Shown one piece after another: positions 30,639 through 36,787 of a stretch of 64,000 nucleotides of DNA. Position 1 is the first letter of the stretch. The number at the start of each line of letters is the position of its first letter. This DNA comes from a virus. The position numbers and the translations under genes were made by a program. The stretch spans positions 32,001 through 96,000 of IMG/VR virus record IMGVR_UViG_3300021963_000057; one strand, written 5' to 3'. Below the pieces are notes generated by a model. The model made no database searches, was not told the origin of the DNA, and worked only from the letters and a program-made list of their open reading frames with translations.

Positions 30639-31157
30639 ATGATTATTCGTGTGGTTAACTGTCCGGATAGAGACTTCAAACCCTTTATAGAAAGGGCAGC
30701 ACAGTTTTACGCCAAGGAACTAATACCCAATACACGCATAAGAAACAACTGTACAACAGAAATAAAGTTCTGTACAAAGATTAATGAATATGGTTTTGCA
30801 AGTATTGAAGATTACAATACCAGAAAACAACCTCGAAAATTCTTAATAGAGATTCATCCCAACCTTGGTTCAAGAAGAATACTGGAAACACTGGCACATG
30901 AAATGGTTCATGTGAAACAATACATCGAAGGTGAAACCAATGATGAATTGACCAGATGGAGAGGTAAGAGAGTTGATCCAGACAAAATTGATTATTGGGT
31001 TCAGCCATGGGAGATAGATGCTTATGGTCGTGAACCAGGATTACTTACAAAGTTTGCAATATCGGAACATTTGTGGGAAGTATTTGATGATTTTGTTGAT
31101 CCTTCCGGTCCAATAAATTGTTATCCTATTGCATGGAAATTAAAGAATGTCAGTTGA
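30639..31157 (+). CDS. HExxH zinc metallopeptidase-like protein
   Basis: LAHEMVHVKQ, PWEIDA. Confidence 0.7.
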   Translation: MIIRVVNCPDRDFKPFIERAAQFYAKELIPNTRIRNNCTTEIKFCTKINEYGFASIEDYNTRKQPRKFLIEIHPNLGSRRILETLAHEMVHVKQYIEGETNDELTRWRGKRVDPDKIDYWVQPWEIDAYGREPGLLTKFAISEHLWEVFDDFVDPSGPINCYPIAWKLKNVS

Positions 31158-31686
31158 AGCGGATAGATTTACTTACGGCCAAGGTAACATAAAGATTGTT
31201 ACAAATTTTCCAGGAAAAAAAGTCAAGTTAGGAAAATATTGTTCAGTTGCAGCAGATGTTCAAGCTTTTCTTGGTGGTAATCACAGAGTTGATTGGATAA
31301 CAACGTTTCCTTTTGGTCACATAAGCACAAGCGAAATCAATGTATCTAAAGTAGATGGACATCCAGGTACAAATGGTGATATCATTATTGGCAATGATGT
31401 TTGGTTAGGAACAGGATGTGTCTTAATGTCTGGTATAACAATTGGTGATGGTGCTGTCGTTGCTGCACATTCTCATGTTGTTAAAGATGTTGCACCTTAT
31501 ACTCTTGTTGGTGGAAATCCAGCAAAGCCAATCAAACTTAGATTCGAACAACATATTGTTGATGCATTAATGGAATTAAAATGGTGGGATTTAGATGTTG
31601 ATGTGGTAAAGTTAATCGTTCCGGTCTTGTGTGCTGAACCAAATTATGATACAATCCAAGACTTAATACAAAAATATAAAAAATAA
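31147..31686 (+). CDS. hexapeptide-repeat O-acetyltransferase (CatB/Vat-like family)
   Basis: IGNDVWLG, IGDGAVVA, VGGNPAK, LKWWD. Confidence 0.85.
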   Translation: MSVEADRFTYGQGNIKIVTNFPGKKVKLGKYCSVAADVQAFLGGNHRVDWITTFPFGHISTSEINVSKVDGHPGTNGDIIIGNDVWLGTGCVLMSGITIGDGAVVAAHSHVVKDVAPYTLVGGNPAKPIKLRFEQHIVDALMELKWWDLDVDVVKLIVPVLCAEPNYDTIQDLIQKYKK

Positions 31687-31700
31687 TTTCAAAAAACCGC

Positions 31701-31729
31701 TTGCCGAGGCTTAAAAGTTCCTATATAAT
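31701..31729 (+). promoter_or_regulatory. sigma70 promoter of tRNA-operon leader
   Basis: TTGCCG-17-TATAAT; predicted +1 falls on ATG at 31736. Confidence 0.75.
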
Positions 31730-31735
31730 AACACT

Positions 31736-31849
31736 ATGAAAAATATTAAACACATATCCTTATCGTTGCAGCCGGAGTATCGCACATTTAATTGCGCTGA
31801 TAGCTCATGGGCGATTACGACCGGGTTTTGTGTAAAGATGGAGAACTAA
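31736..31849 (+). CDS. putative attenuator leader peptide (37 aa, all 20 amino acids)
   Basis: MKNIKHISLSLQPEYRTFNCADSSWAITTGFCVKMEN; overlaps antiterminator strand. Confidence 0.7.
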   Translation: MKNIKHISLSLQPEYRTFNCADSSWAITTGFCVKMEN

Positions 31850-31872
31850 TACAGAAGTTCTAAAAAAGACTC

Positions 31873-31917
31873 CAAACACAAAACCCTAGACCTAAAAAAT
31901 CTAGGGTTTTTTGTTTG
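31873..31917 (+). terminator. attenuator terminator
   Basis: AAAACCCTAGA/TCTAGGGTTTT plus T-tract; 5' arm also complementary to 31823-31833. Confidence 0.85.
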
Positions 31918-31967
31918 TTGTTTCAATACAACGTAGTGGTTGCCAGAATCTTTGGTTCTGTTACAAT
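31917..31967 (+). promoter_or_regulatory. palindromic operator plus sigma70 promoter
   Basis: GTTGTTTCAATACAAC, 7 nt, TTGCCA..TGnTACAAT. Confidence 0.65.
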
Positions 31968-31973
31968 ACACAC

Positions 31974-31999
31974 TGTTCTTTAAAAATTTGTTGTAGTTT
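31974..31999 (+). promoter_or_regulatory. boxA-like antitermination element, copy 1
   Basis: TGTTCTTTAAAAATTTGTTGTAGTTT, identical at 32857-32882. Confidence 0.6.
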
Positions 32000-32003
32000 A
32001 TGT

Positions 32004-32079
32004 TGGGGTTTCGCCTAGTGGCCTAAGGCAACGGTCTTTGAAATCGTCATCATCAGTTCGAATCTGATAACCCCTGCCA
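32004..32079 (+). tRNA. tRNA-Gln(TTG)
   Basis: cloverleaf, loop CTTTGAA, CCA. Confidence 0.9.
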
Positions 32080-32156
32080 TATAAAAACACACTGCTACAA
32101 TAGCAGGCGAAAGTCCTACGCTAGAAGTTAAAACTAGGTAGTGTGTTTCTATATGG
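32077..32156 (+). ncRNA. structured element with AAACACACT/AGTGTGTTT closing stem, copy 1
   Basis: long terminal stem with three internal hairpins. Confidence 0.45.
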
Positions 32157-32161
32157 TTAAT

Positions 32162-32253
32162 GGAAGATGATGCAGCGGGGATGGTCCTGCGACTGGCCTT
32201 GAAAACCAGGTTCTCAGAAATGGGATGGGGTTCGACTCCTCCGTCTTCCGCCA
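32162..32253 (+). tRNA. tRNA-Ser(TGA), 8/4-type cloverleaf
   Basis: 8-bp acceptor GGAAGATG/CGTCTTCC, 4-bp T stem, long V arm, G73. Confidence 0.75.
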
Positions 32254-32258
32254 AACAT

Positions 32259-32346
32259 AGAAGGTTGCCCGAGTGGTTAAGGGAGCAGTTTGCTAAACTG
32301 TCGTTGCGAAAGCGGCGCATCGGTTCGAATCCGATACCTTCTGCCA
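32259..32346 (+). tRNA. tRNA-Ser(GCT)
   Basis: cloverleaf, long V arm, G73. Confidence 0.9.
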
Positions 32347-32352
32347 GTAAAT

Positions 32353-32444
32353 GCCAGCGAGACTGGGTAGTCAGAGAGGTCTTATACACCTTTTAGCGCC
32401 AGATTAGCGTTCTTGAGTGAGTTCGAGTCTCACCGCTGGTACCA
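32353..32444 (+). tRNA. atypical tRNA, TAT anticodon with long variable arm
   Basis: GCCAGCG/CGCTGGT acceptor, loop CTTATAC, canonical T arm, ACCA. Confidence 0.7.
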
Positions 32445-32459
32445 AATGAAAGAGAAGTT

Positions 32460-32699
32460 ATGTGGAATATTAAAATTGAAAATGGAATGATATTAAATGC
32501 AAGTCCAACTTTGGACGATGCAATGAAGTTTGCAAAAGGTTACAACAAGTTTGTAACCATCACCGATGGCACTACAGAGATTGTAGGTAAGTTTGGTGTT
32601 GATGCAGTAGAAGAAAAAGTTTTACCAGATGGTGGAACATACGATTGGACTATGCGGCGTGATGAAACACACCGTAGTTCAAGGAAGAAATTAATGTAG
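32460..32699 (+). CDS. hypothetical protein
   Basis: ORF between tRNAs; stop overlaps tRNA-Cys 5' end. Confidence 0.6.
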   Translation: MWNIKIENGMILNASPTLDDAMKFAKGYNKFVTITDGTTEIVGKFGVDAVEEKVLPDGGTYDWTMRRDETHRSSRKKLM

Positions 32700-32771
32700 G
32701 TGTGACCCGAAAGGCTAGGGAACGGATTGCAACCCCGTTTTATGCAGGTTCGATTCCTGTCACCTACTCCA
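32696..32771 (+). tRNA. tRNA-Cys(GCA)
   Basis: cloverleaf, U73, CCA. Confidence 0.88.
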
Positions 32772-32776
32772 AACAC

Positions 32777-32828
32777 GTTGTAGAAATACAACACACTGGT
32801 TGACAATGATTCATGGTTGTGTTATACT
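32777..32828 (+). promoter_or_regulatory. palindromic operator plus sigma70 promoter
   Basis: GTTGTAGAAATACAAC, 7 nt, TTGACA-17-TATACT. Confidence 0.75.
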
Positions 32829-32838
32829 TCATCTATGA

Positions 32839-32882
32839 ATTGAGAAATCAATCAAATGTTCTTTAAAAATTTGTTGTAGTTT
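32839..32882 (+). promoter_or_regulatory. boxB-like hairpin plus boxA-like element, copy 2
   Basis: ATTGA-GAAA-TCAAT then TGTTCTTTAAAAATTTG. Confidence 0.6.
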
Positions 32883-32885
32883 TTT

Positions 32886-32960
32886 GCACCTATCGTCTAT
32901 CGGTTAGGACGCTGCCCTTTCAAGGCGGAAAGAGGAGTTCGATTCTCCTTAGGTGTACCA
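32886..32960 (+). tRNA. tRNA-Glu(TTC)
   Basis: cloverleaf, CCA. Confidence 0.9.
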
Positions 32961-33084
32961 TTTGTTTTGCTGATGTAAGCCACAGCAGAAACGTTCAATG
33001 CTGAGTAACTATGTATATAAACGGTCAGTTCTAGCTAGCAATCCCGTTGAGCATAGCAAATAGTGCGTCAGCAAAACAAATGGT
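32957..33084 (+). ncRNA. rod-shaped RNA with 21-bp closing stem and central bubble
   Basis: ACCATTTGTTTTGCTGATGTA pairs with TGCGTCAGCAAAACAAATGGT. Confidence 0.5.
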
Positions 33085-33091
33085 AAGATAT

Positions 33092-33166
33092 GGGGGTATA
33101 ACTTAACGGCTAAAGTATCTGGCTTTTAACCAGGAAATCAGAGTTCGATTCTCTGTGCCCCTACCA
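33092..33166 (+). tRNA. tRNA-Lys(TTT)
   Basis: cloverleaf, CCA. Confidence 0.9.
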
Positions 33167-33174
33167 AAAAATTT

Positions 33175-33260
33175 GGAGATGTAGGAAAATTGGTAACCCC
33201 AGTGGACTGTAAATCCGCCGCCCCTGTGCATTGTGTGTTCAAGTCACACCGTCTCCACCA
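33175..33260 (+). tRNA. tRNA-Tyr(GTA)
   Basis: cloverleaf, long V arm. Confidence 0.88.
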
Positions 33261-33265
33261 AATTT

Positions 33266-33340
33266 GGTCCTGTCATATAGTGGCTATTATACCGGCCTGT
33301 CTAGTCGGATATCGGGGTTCGATTCCCCGCAGGATCGCCA
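33266..33340 (+). tRNA. tRNA-Asp(GTC)
   Basis: cloverleaf, loop CTGTCTA, G73. Confidence 0.88.
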
Positions 33341-33413
33341 GAGCAAATGGCTAGGTACCTAGTCCAACGGTTGTAAGTGACGATGGGTGATATCGGAACT
33401 TTCAAGATTTTAT

Positions 33414-33488
33414 TCCACAGTAGCACAGCGGTAGTGCAGTTGACTGTTAATCAATTGGTCGTAGGTTCGATCCCTGCCTGTGGAGCCA
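33414..33488 (+). tRNA. tRNA-Asn(GTT)
   Basis: cloverleaf, G73. Confidence 0.92.
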
Positions 33489-33493
33489 TTTTT

Positions 33494-33555
33494 AGGATCG
33501 GTTCAGCAATAAACAAGCTAACTTTGGATGTCTAGCGACAAAAACGATCCTGTTG
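33494..33555 (+). ncRNA. Y-RNA-like scaffold element 1
   Basis: AGGATCG-GTT-CAGCAA...CGATCCT-GTTG; insert hairpin loop TTTGGAT. Confidence 0.65.
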
Positions 33556-33561
33556 TATTTT

Positions 33562-33635
33562 CTCGGTGTAGTGAAATGGTATCACCCGTGCTTTGGGAGC
33601 ATGTAGCGCAAGTTCGATTCTTGCCACCGAGACCA
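33562..33635 (+). tRNA. tRNA-Pro(TGG)
   Basis: cloverleaf, CCA. Confidence 0.9.
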
Positions 33636-33643
33636 GTATTTTT

Positions 33644-33718
33644 GGGCTGATGGTATAATTGGGAACACAGTGGCCTTGCAAGTCACAGTTGGGGGTTCGA
33701 TTCCCCCTCGGTCCACCA
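33644..33718 (+). tRNA. tRNA-Ala(TGC)
   Basis: cloverleaf, G3:U70. Confidence 0.9.
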
Positions 33719-33723
33719 AATTT

Positions 33724-33798
33724 GGTTCAGTAGCATAGTGGCAGTGCAGCATCTTCATACGGTGCCTTGTGTGAGTTCGATTCTCACCTGAACCACCA
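33724..33798 (+). tRNA. tRNA-Met(CAT)
   Basis: cloverleaf, loop TTCATAC. Confidence 0.85.
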
Positions 33799-33804
33799 GA
33801 TTAT

Positions 33805-33880
33805 GGGTCTTTAGCTCAGTGAACAGAGCTCTTGGCTACGAACCAAGAGGTCGGGGGTTTGAATCCCTCAAGACCCTCCA
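33805..33880 (+). tRNA. tRNA-Arg(ACG)
   Basis: cloverleaf, CCA. Confidence 0.88.
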
Positions 33881-33886
33881 TGATTT

Positions 33887-33960
33887 TCCCGGATAGTTAA
33901 ATGGCATAACAATCGGCTGATAACCGGTCATCGCAAGTTCGATTCTTGCTCTGGGAACCA
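33887..33960 (+). tRNA. tRNA-Ile(GAT)
   Basis: cloverleaf, CCA. Confidence 0.88.
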
Positions 33961-33965
33961 TTTTT

Positions 33966-34029
33966 AGGATAGTAACAGCAACTAAAATACTTCAAACTTG
34001 TAACTTGAAAAGTAAAATCTATCCTGTTG
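33966..34029 (+). ncRNA. Y-RNA-like scaffold element 2
   Basis: AGGATAG-TAA-CAGCAA...CTATCCT-GTTG; insert hairpin loop CTTGTAA. Confidence 0.65.
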
Positions 34030-34035
34030 TATTAT

Positions 34036-34109
34036 ATCTCGATAGTGTAATGGCAGCATACCAGTCTCCAAAACTGTTGGTCGGGGTTCGAGTCCCTGTC
34101 GGGATGCCA
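34036..34109 (+). tRNA. tRNA-Trp(CCA)
   Basis: cloverleaf, G73. Confidence 0.88.
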
Positions 34110-34129
34110 GTGTTAGTAAAAAAAGAAAG

Positions 34130-34627
34130 GTGATTGATATGAAAAAGTTCGACATACAAGAAGTTAAGCAATTCCTTGCAAGTCAAGGACCAGATACGAA
34201 AGTATATTTGGGTGCTGACTCAGAACGTATCCGTGTAAACGGTGTATGGTATGCAGACTATGCTTTGGCTGTCGTAGTTCATATTGATGGCCGCCATGGT
34301 TGTAAGATTTTTGGTTTCGTTCAACGTGAGTTGGACTATGACCACAAGAAAAGTAAACCTGCAATGCGGTTAATGACCGAAGTGTATAAGGTTTCAGAAT
34401 TGTTCCAAGACTTGGCTGATGTATTAGAAGATTTCCATGTTGAAGTTCATTTGGACTTAAACAAAGATGACTTGTACGGAAGTTCATGTGTTGTACAACA
34501 AGCGATTGGTTATATCAAGGGTACATGTAACATGACACCTATGGTTAAACCAGACGCACCAGCTGCAAGTTTCTGTGCTGACAGATTGAAAAGAATCTTG
34601 GCAGAACAAGAAGCTTTGCAGGTCTAA
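34130..34627 (+). CDS. RNase H-like protein (YkuK/DUF458-like)
   Basis: VYLGADS, RLMTEV, EVHLDLN, KPDAPAAS..AD. Confidence 0.75.
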   Translation: MIDMKKFDIQEVKQFLASQGPDTKVYLGADSERIRVNGVWYADYALAVVVHIDGRHGCKIFGFVQRELDYDHKKSKPAMRLMTEVYKVSELFQDLADVLEDFHVEVHLDLNKDDLYGSSCVVQQAIGYIKGTCNMTPMVKPDAPAASFCADRLKRILAEQEALQV

Positions 34628-34675
34628 CAGACCCCCGTGAATAAACACGGTTAAAAATTCCAAAGTTTACTTTGG

Positions 34676-34750
34676 GGAGATATTAGTTTAGTGGCAAAAC
34701 CACGGGTTGTGATTCCGTTATCATGAGTTCGATTCTCATATATCTCCCCA
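34676..34750 (+). tRNA. tRNA-His(GTG)
   Basis: G-1:C73, cloverleaf. Confidence 0.88.
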
Positions 34751-34763
34751 AAGTAAATTTTAT

Positions 34764-34838
34764 GCCTCGTTAACTCAGCGGTAGAGTAACTCTTTTACAC
34801 GGAGAAGGTCGGCAGTTCAATCCTGTCACGAGGTACCA
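34764..34838 (+). tRNA. tRNA-Val(TAC)
   Basis: cloverleaf, CCA. Confidence 0.88.
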
Positions 34839-34841
34839 AGT

Positions 34842-35008
34842 TTTGTAAGTGTAGATGTTGAGAAAGTTTTTGTAGGCATACAAGAATGAGGATAGTGCTT
34901 TGCCGATGCCAAGTATCAACTATTACTACGTACCTCTATACAGTCGGCCGCTTCAAAGAAAATACTGTTAAAATGGTGAGAAATAAGCGAGGTCTCATTA
35001 CTTACAAA
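34842..35008 (+). ncRNA. unknown multi-hairpin RNA
   Basis: TTTGTAAGTG/TACTTACAAA closing stem, internal GNRA hairpin. Confidence 0.4.
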
Positions 35009-35016
35009 TTCATTAT

Positions 35017-35092
35017 GCTGCTTTAGCTGATGTGGTCATAGCAGGGGTCTGAAGAACCTCGGAAAGTAGTTCGATTCTACTAGGCAGCACCA
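35017..35092 (+). tRNA. tRNA-Phe(GAA)
   Basis: cloverleaf, CCA. Confidence 0.88.
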
Positions 35093-35098
35093 AGTTTT

Positions 35099-35199
35099 AG
35101 GATAGGTTCAGCAAAAAATTCACATGCGAATGGTTCGCAATTTGCCTTTTAAGCAAACCTTGTGGGTTCAATTCCCACTGTAAAAAAACTATCCTGTTG
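35099..35199 (+). ncRNA. Y-RNA-like scaffold element 3 (tRNA-Lys body lacking a full acceptor stem)
   Basis: AGGATAG/CTATCCT scaffold enclosing D-like arm, TTTGC-CTTTTAA-GCAAA and GTGGG-TTCAATT-CCCAC. Confidence 0.7.
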
Positions 35200-35204
35200 T
35201 ATAT

Positions 35205-35281
35205 ACCCAAGTGACGGAATTGGTATACGTACTTGTCTCAAACACAAGGTTATGTGGGCTCGAATCCCACCTTGGGTACCA
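35205..35281 (+). tRNA. tRNA-Leu(CAA), short variable loop
   Basis: cloverleaf, 77 nt. Confidence 0.85.
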
Positions 35282-35284
35282 TAT

Positions 35285-35359
35285 GGGTTGTAAGCTTAAG
35301 TGATGAAGCAACCGGCTCTTAACCGGAAGAACAGAGTTTGATTCTCTGACGACCCACCA
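35285..35359 (+). tRNA. tRNA-Lys(CTT)
   Basis: cloverleaf, CCA. Confidence 0.85.
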
Positions 35360-35364
35360 ATCAT

Positions 35365-35438
35365 GCTCTTATAGGTAAATGGCATACCACATCCATGGTA
35401 AGGATGTATTCTAAGTTCGATTCTTAGTAGGAGCACCA
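35365..35438 (+). tRNA. tRNA-Thr(GGT)
   Basis: cloverleaf, loop ATGGTAA. Confidence 0.88.
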
Positions 35439-35635
35439 ACTTGTTTTAATGTTGTTAAGACAAACTCTTTTTCTTGTTGAATATATAATTCATCATCTAT
35501 GAAAGATTTTTTCTCAGTAACATATGATTCGATGAAATCAGATTCAATACAGTAATAAGCATGAGGCACATATTTTTGGTGTGCGAATAGTTTATAAAAT
35601 ATTTGTACTGTAGGTTTTTGTTCGTAAGGTATCAT
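35411..35635 (-). CDS. small antisense hypothetical protein
   Basis: fills AT-rich gap; late-like AATAAATA just upstream on minus strand. Confidence 0.35.
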   Translation of the reverse strand: MIPYEQKPTVQIFYKLFAHQKYVPHAYYCIESDFIESYVTEKKSFIDDELYIQQEKEFVLTTLKQVGAPTKNRT

Positions 35636-35648
35636 ATGAGTATTTATT

Positions 35649-35725
35649 GCCCCGGTGACGGAATTGGTATACGTGTTGGTCTTAGAAGCCAAATTTTAGG
35701 AGTTCGAGTCTCCTCTGGGGCACCA
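35649..35725 (+). tRNA. tRNA-Leu(TAG), short variable loop
   Basis: cloverleaf, 77 nt. Confidence 0.85.
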
Positions 35726-35731
35726 AACATT

Positions 35732-35806
35732 CCGGCGTTAGTATAATGGATAATACAGCGGTCTTCTACACCGTGAATGTGGGTTCGATTCCTGCACGCC
35801 GGACCA
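35732..35806 (+). tRNA. tRNA-Arg(TCT)
   Basis: cloverleaf, CCA. Confidence 0.88.
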
Positions 35807-35824
35807 TTTTTTGAGGAGTTTAAT

Positions 35825-36400
35825 ATGCCATCAGTATTTCTTACAAGTGACACACACTTTGGTCACGCTGGTGTGTGTAGATTTCTCCGTGATGACGGTG
35901 TGACAAAGCTTAGGCCATGGGATAATCCAGAAGAAATGGATGAAGAAATGGTGAAGCGTTGGAACGAAACAGTCGGGCCAAATGATAAAGTATATCATCT
36001 TGGTGATGTTGTTATCAACCGCAAAGCACTTAGCATTATGCATAGACTTAACGGTGATAAAGTTCTGATTCGTGGTAACCATGATATCTTCAAAGATGAG
36101 GATTATAGACAACACTTCCGTGAGCTACGTGCTTATCATGTAATGAACGGAATGATTCTGTCTCATATTCCAATTCATACAGAAAGTCTTGGTCGTTTTG
36201 GTGTCAACATTCATGGACATCTTCATGCTAACCGTGTGACTATGGGAAATGGATATAGAAGTGTAATCGACACCAGATACCATTGTGTTTGTGTTGAACA
36301 AACAGATTTCAGACCGATTCTTTTTGAGGATGTTATGAAACGAATCAAAGAAGAAGGTGGTGAGGTCGGTTTCCGTAATGGAAACGGACCTGCCATGTGA
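35825..36400 (+). CDS. calcineurin-like metallophosphoesterase
   Basis: SDTHFGH, LGDV, GNHD, HGHLH. Confidence 0.9.
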   Translation: MPSVFLTSDTHFGHAGVCRFLRDDGVTKLRPWDNPEEMDEEMVKRWNETVGPNDKVYHLGDVVINRKALSIMHRLNGDKVLIRGNHDIFKDEDYRQHFRELRAYHVMNGMILSHIPIHTESLGRFGVNIHGHLHANRVTMGNGYRSVIDTRYHCVCVEQTDFRPILFEDVMKRIKEEGGEVGFRNGNGPAM

Positions 36401-36401
36401 T

Positions 36402-36485
36402 GCGAGTATGGGGGAATTGGTAGACCCAGCAGACTTAAAATCTGCCGCCTTGTGCGTACCGGTTCGACTCCGGTTACTCGTACCA
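36402..36485 (+). tRNA. tRNA-Leu(TAA)
   Basis: cloverleaf, long V arm. Confidence 0.9.
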
Positions 36486-36505
36486 AATATTTTTTAAAAA
36501 TATGC

Positions 36506-36534
36506 TTGCCAAGAGATTGAAAAGCATATATAAT
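36506..36534 (+). promoter_or_regulatory. sigma70 promoter
   Basis: TTGCCA-17-TATAAT. Confidence 0.65.
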
Positions 36535-36545
36535 ACACACATGAT

Positions 36546-36620
36546 GCGGGCGTGGTGCTAGTGGTAACACGTAACCTTGCCAAGGTCAAGTTGCGGGTTC
36601 GATTCCCGCCGCCCGCTCCA
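36546..36620 (+). tRNA. tRNA-Gly(GCC)
   Basis: cloverleaf, U73. Confidence 0.9.
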
Positions 36621-36626
36621 ATTTTC

Positions 36627-36700
36627 GCCCTACTAGTATAATGGCATTACACTGGTTTTGTAATCCTGTGATGGCAGTTCGATTCTGTCGTGGGGCACCA
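36627..36700 (+). tRNA. tRNA-Thr(TGT)
   Basis: cloverleaf with imperfect anticodon stem. Confidence 0.82.
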
Positions 36701-36706
36701 AACATT

Positions 36707-36758
36707 GTGGTATATTTACAACATACCGCTTGACTACAACAAATTTTTGTGTTATACT
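36707..36758 (+). promoter_or_regulatory. palindromic operator plus sigma70 promoter of ncRNA/TROVE unit
   Basis: GTGGTATATTTACAAC, 7 nt, TTGACT-17-TATACT. Confidence 0.7.
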
Positions 36759-36787
36759 ACACAGTATTGAAAGATTGAAAAGGTTTT

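Noticed and set aside
31147-31686. Antibiotic-resistance gene (catB/vat)
   Set aside because: The hexapeptide family includes many sugar O-acetyltransferases; substrate cannot be inferred from sequence.
32077-32156. Hammerhead ribozyme
   Set aside because: A GAAA is present but the CUGANGA core is missing.
32162-32253. Selenocysteine tRNA (selC)
   Set aside because: Anticodon is TGA (Ser), not TCA; fold is 8/4, not 8/5; no selA/selB in the window.
32015-32806. ORF-track entries 32015..32389(-), 32160..32396(+), 32540..32806(-)
   Set aside because: They overlap tRNA genes or a better ORF; shadow ORFs.
33341-33413. 73-nt spacer as a tRNA or ncRNA
   Set aside because: No acceptor stem, T arm or CCA; only a short CTAGGTACCTAG palindrome.
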